Shown here: positions 61,407 to 64,000 of the stretch, in pieces
How the letters are laid out: each line of letters starts with the position of its first letter
Numbering within the stretch: the stretch's first letter is position 1
Source of the DNA: Bacteroidales bacterium
GTDB taxonomy: Bacteria; Bacteroidota; Bacteroidia; Bacteroidales; UBA7960
Assembly (NCBI GenBank): GCA_003559855.1
Contig: PWJZ01000067.1
Span: 66,195 to 130,194, forward strand
DNA: 64,000 nt
Direction of reading: 5' to 3'
The notes under the pieces: model-generated
Database searches by the model: none
What the model saw: the letters and a program-made list of their open reading frames with translations, nothing else
What the model was told of the DNA's origin: nothing
Position numbers and translations under genes: made by a program

Positions 61407-63599
61407 ATGATAAAAAAAACAGAATTTTTTAAGGGTAAAGCATCTTTTATAATTATGATAACGATGCTTGTTTTATTTGCCGCTACTGATGTTTTTTCTC
61501 AGATGGTTACGCCCAATGTACGTGTAAATGATGAAGATGCCGAATATACTTTTGCAGGCTTCAGGGGTTTGGCAGTAATTGATGATAATGTATATGTAAT
61601 ATGGGCTGATGACAGGACAGGTTTTGGTAATATTTATTTTTCAAAGTCGGAAGACGGCGGTGAGACTTTTTCGGAAGATATCATGTTGTCCGCACCAAAT
61701 GATGAAAATCTTAATATTTGGCCGGCAATTGTTGCCGATGCTTCCGGAGGGATATATGTTGCATGGACCGGCTTTACCGAACCATATATGGGGCCAGGCT
61801 CAGGTGCAAATGTATGGTTTACCAGATCTGCCGATGAAGGTAATTCATTCGACACCCCGATTCAGATCACGGAAAACGATCTGTCTATATTTCCAAGTAT
61901 AGGTGTTTATGAAAATTATGTTTACATTTTTTATGGTGATGCTACAAACTTACCTTACGCTGATTATTACCTTGTACGTTCAACGGATGGCGGTGATAGC
62001 TTTCAGGACCCTATACAGGTCAATGATGCTGATTGTGTTGAAGAGGTGGGTTTTGATCACTTTACTTCTCTTGATATTGATCCTTTAACCGGACATGTTT
62101 ATCTTGCCTGGGTAGACGGAAGGCGTGAAGACAGCAACGGTGATATCTACTTTGCCAAATCAACCGACAACGGTGTTAGCGTTAGTGATAACGTTATGGT
62201 TAATGATATTGGAACAATATGGGCAAATGAAGAAAAACTTAGACCTGTTGTTTCCGTTGGCGAGGAGAATATGGTTTATGTTGTATTTTTGGTTGAGAGT
62301 GAAGTCGAAGACGGTGCAAGGGTTTATATTGCACTATCGGGTGATGGAGGCAACAGTTTTGGCACGGAAATATTATTGGCTGAAAATGACAATCACTGTT
62401 ATTATTACGATGCAATGGCATTGCCTGATGGTACAATAGGTGCATTGATGGTTACCGATTTACATGGTGTGGGGAATAATCTTTGGTTTGTCCAGCCCGA
62501 TGTCATGCCCATTGTAATCAATGATGCTCATGCCTACTGGCGTACGCCAAGTTTATTCTTAACCGGTGACGGTTCTGCTCATGCCGTTTGGGCAGATGAC
62601 AGGGAAGGTCATTACAATATTTACTATGCCAAAACCATAAAATGTGAGCCGTTTGATGTTCCACACTTCGAAAATTTTGATGATGTCACTCCTCCACTAC
62701 TGCCTTTTTGCTGGACCGGATTGGGTGAGGGAAATTATAATATAACCACTGAGGACTGGAATTATTTCTCCCCACCTAACAGTCTTAACATGTATCACGA
62801 TGAAGAATCCTTAGCCTTATTGGCTTTACCGGAATTTGTCATAGAAATTTCCGGTTTGGTAATGAGTTTTAAAGCCTATTGGCATGGAGGTAATGATGTT
62901 TTAGAAGCAGGCGTTATTACTGATATTAACGATATTAATTCCTTTGAGCTTATTCAGTCCATAGACTTGCCCCACGAAAATCAATACTATGATTATGTTG
63001 TAGATTTTTCTGAATTTGAAGGAGAGGAAGGTCATATTGCTTTCAGGTATGGTTCCGAGACCATAGGAACCTGGGGTGGCATATTTTTGGATGATATACT
63101 GATTGATGAAACACCCACTTACACTCTCACCCTTGATGCAAACCCAGAGGAAGGCGGTATTGTTGACGGTGAAGGTGAATACCCGGAAGGTGAAGAAGTT
63201 GAAATCTCTGCCGAAGCAAATGAAGGCTGGGAATTCATCGGATGGATCGGTGATACGGAACATGTTGATGACCCCGGGCAAGCAACAGCAACAGTTATTA
63301 TGCCCGCTGAAGATATTACCCTTACCGCCAACTTTGAGTTGACCAATATAGTCGAAGGCATACAAACCATTGAAATCTCTGTATTCCCCAACCCTGCACG
63401 CGATAAACTTACTGTCGAATCAAGCGAAATGATCAAACAGATCAGATTGATCGACACCAAAGGGCAGGTGATCAAAGATATAAAAGCGAATACAACAAGA
63501 ATCAATATTGAAGTGCAAAGTCTGCACACAGGAATATACTTTATACAGATACACGCTGCCGACAGAGTTATTACAGAACAAGTGCAGATAATACGTTGA
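61407..63599 (+). CDS. T9SS-secreted Asp-box (BNR/sialidase-like) beta-propeller protein with adhesin-like and B-repeat domains
   Basis: Signal peptide; five Asp boxes SEDGGETF, SADEGNSF, STDGGDSF, STDNGVSV, SGDGGNSF; ENFD...P..W domain; A.ANEGWEF.GW repeat; VFPNPA...GIYFI CTD. Confidence 0.88.
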   Translation: MIKKTEFFKGKASFIIMITMLVLFAATDVFSQMVTPNVRVNDEDAEYTFAGFRGLAVIDDNVYVIWADDRTGFGNIYFSKSEDGGETFSEDIMLSAPNDENLNIWPAIVADASGGIYVAWTGFTEPYMGPGSGANVWFTRSADEGNSFDTPIQITENDLSIFPSIGVYENYVYIFYGDATNLPYADYYLVRSTDGGDSFQDPIQVNDADCVEEVGFDHFTSLDIDPLTGHVYLAWVDGRREDSNGDIYFAKSTDNGVSVSDNVMVNDIGTIWANEEKLRPVVSVGEENMVYVVFLVESEVEDGARVYIALSGDGGNSFGTEILLAENDNHCYYYDAMALPDGTIGALMVTDLHGVGNNLWFVQPDVMPIVINDAHAYWRTPSLFLTGDGSAHAVWADDREGHYNIYYAKTIKCEPFDVPHFENFDDVTPPLLPFCWTGLGEGNYNITTEDWNYFSPPNSLNMYHDEESLALLALPEFVIEISGLVMSFKAYWHGGNDVLEAGVITDINDINSFELIQSIDLPHENQYYDYVVDFSEFEGEEGHIAFRYGSETIGTWGGIFLDDILIDETPTYTLTLDANPEEGGIVDGEGEYPEGEEVEISAEANEGWEFIGWIGDTEHVDDPGQATATVIMPAEDITLTANFELTNIVEGIQTIEISVFPNPARDKLTVESSEMIKQIRLIDTKGQVIKDIKANTTRINIEVQSLHTGIYFIQIHAADRVITEQVQIIR

Positions 63600-63626
63600 T
63601 TTTGATCAAATATCATTGCTTCAAAC

Positions 63627-63673
63627 AGGTTTCAGCCACATTATTACCGGCAAGGTATTATGTGGCTGAACCT
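63627..63673 (+). terminator. Hairpin downstream of the T9SS gene, likely terminator
   Basis: TTCAGCCACA (63631-40) pairs with TGTGGCTGAA (63661-70). Confidence 0.6.
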
Positions 63674-63896
63674 TTACATATTTGAATGTTTTCGAAACCC
63701 CTGATCTGTCAAGAAAATATTACGCCACATCCTATTGGAATATTAATAACAAATAACCGCCCTTCAATTACAAATCTCAACCGAACCTATCGGCCAAAGG
63801 GAGATAACGACTGAAGGGAGTAACATTGTGAGCTCCTGAATACCAATAAAAATATTTTTATGTGAACAAAAAAAATCCAAAACCCGATTATCGGGC

Positions 63897-64000
63897 CCCA
63901 CTATAAAAATTTATTTTTTCCCGCAGATTCATTATTGAGTCCACTCTAAAAAGTACAAAAATATTATTTCCCGCAGATTTCGCTGATATACGCAGATTAT
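63897..64000. mobile_element. Second copy of the 47.8-kb MITE-like family, truncated by the window end
   Basis: TTGAGTCCACTCTAAAAAGT.CAAAAATATT.TTTCCCG...ATTTCGCTGATATACGCAGATTAT matches the reverse complement of 47903-48037 minus the nested insert. Confidence 0.8.

Noticed and set aside
63795-63845. GGAGA...CTGAAGGGAG resembling a glycine riboswitch aptamer
   Set aside because: No CTCTCAGG-type 3' core; GAC(C/T)GAAGGGA also occurs in repeat family A.

Overview
AT-rich window from a Bacteroidota (probably Bacteroidales-like) chromosome, judged from TAnnTTTG -7 promoter boxes, T9SS C-terminal domains and the surE-lpxB gene order. Bases 1-21.3 kb hold the downstream part of a flexirubin/aryl-polyene (APE-DAR type) cluster: ABC exporter, thioesterase, two KS/KS-like pairs, ACP, polysaccharide deacetylase, LolA plus lipoprotein, dehydratase, GT2, MMPL-acyltransferase-methyltransferase fusion, FAD oxidoreductase, C45 acyltransferase and aryl-CoA ligase. 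The rest is mostly housekeeping (comEC, lpxB, surE, ADP-forming acyl-CoA ligase, ligA, rpsA, prmC, mutS2). It also contains a class III cyclase-HD-USP trio, a cobalamin riboswitch with btuB/btuG-like genes, a TMTC-like glycosyltransferase and two T9SS cargo proteins. Intergenic spaces carry several families of small structured, partly nested repeats, with no transposase in the window. The best candidates for something undescribed are a three-copy structured repeat family, the cyclase/HD/USP module with almost no sensor domain, and a small RHH-like protein ending in a beta-clamp-type motif. All product calls come from reading motifs by eye; no database searches were run.
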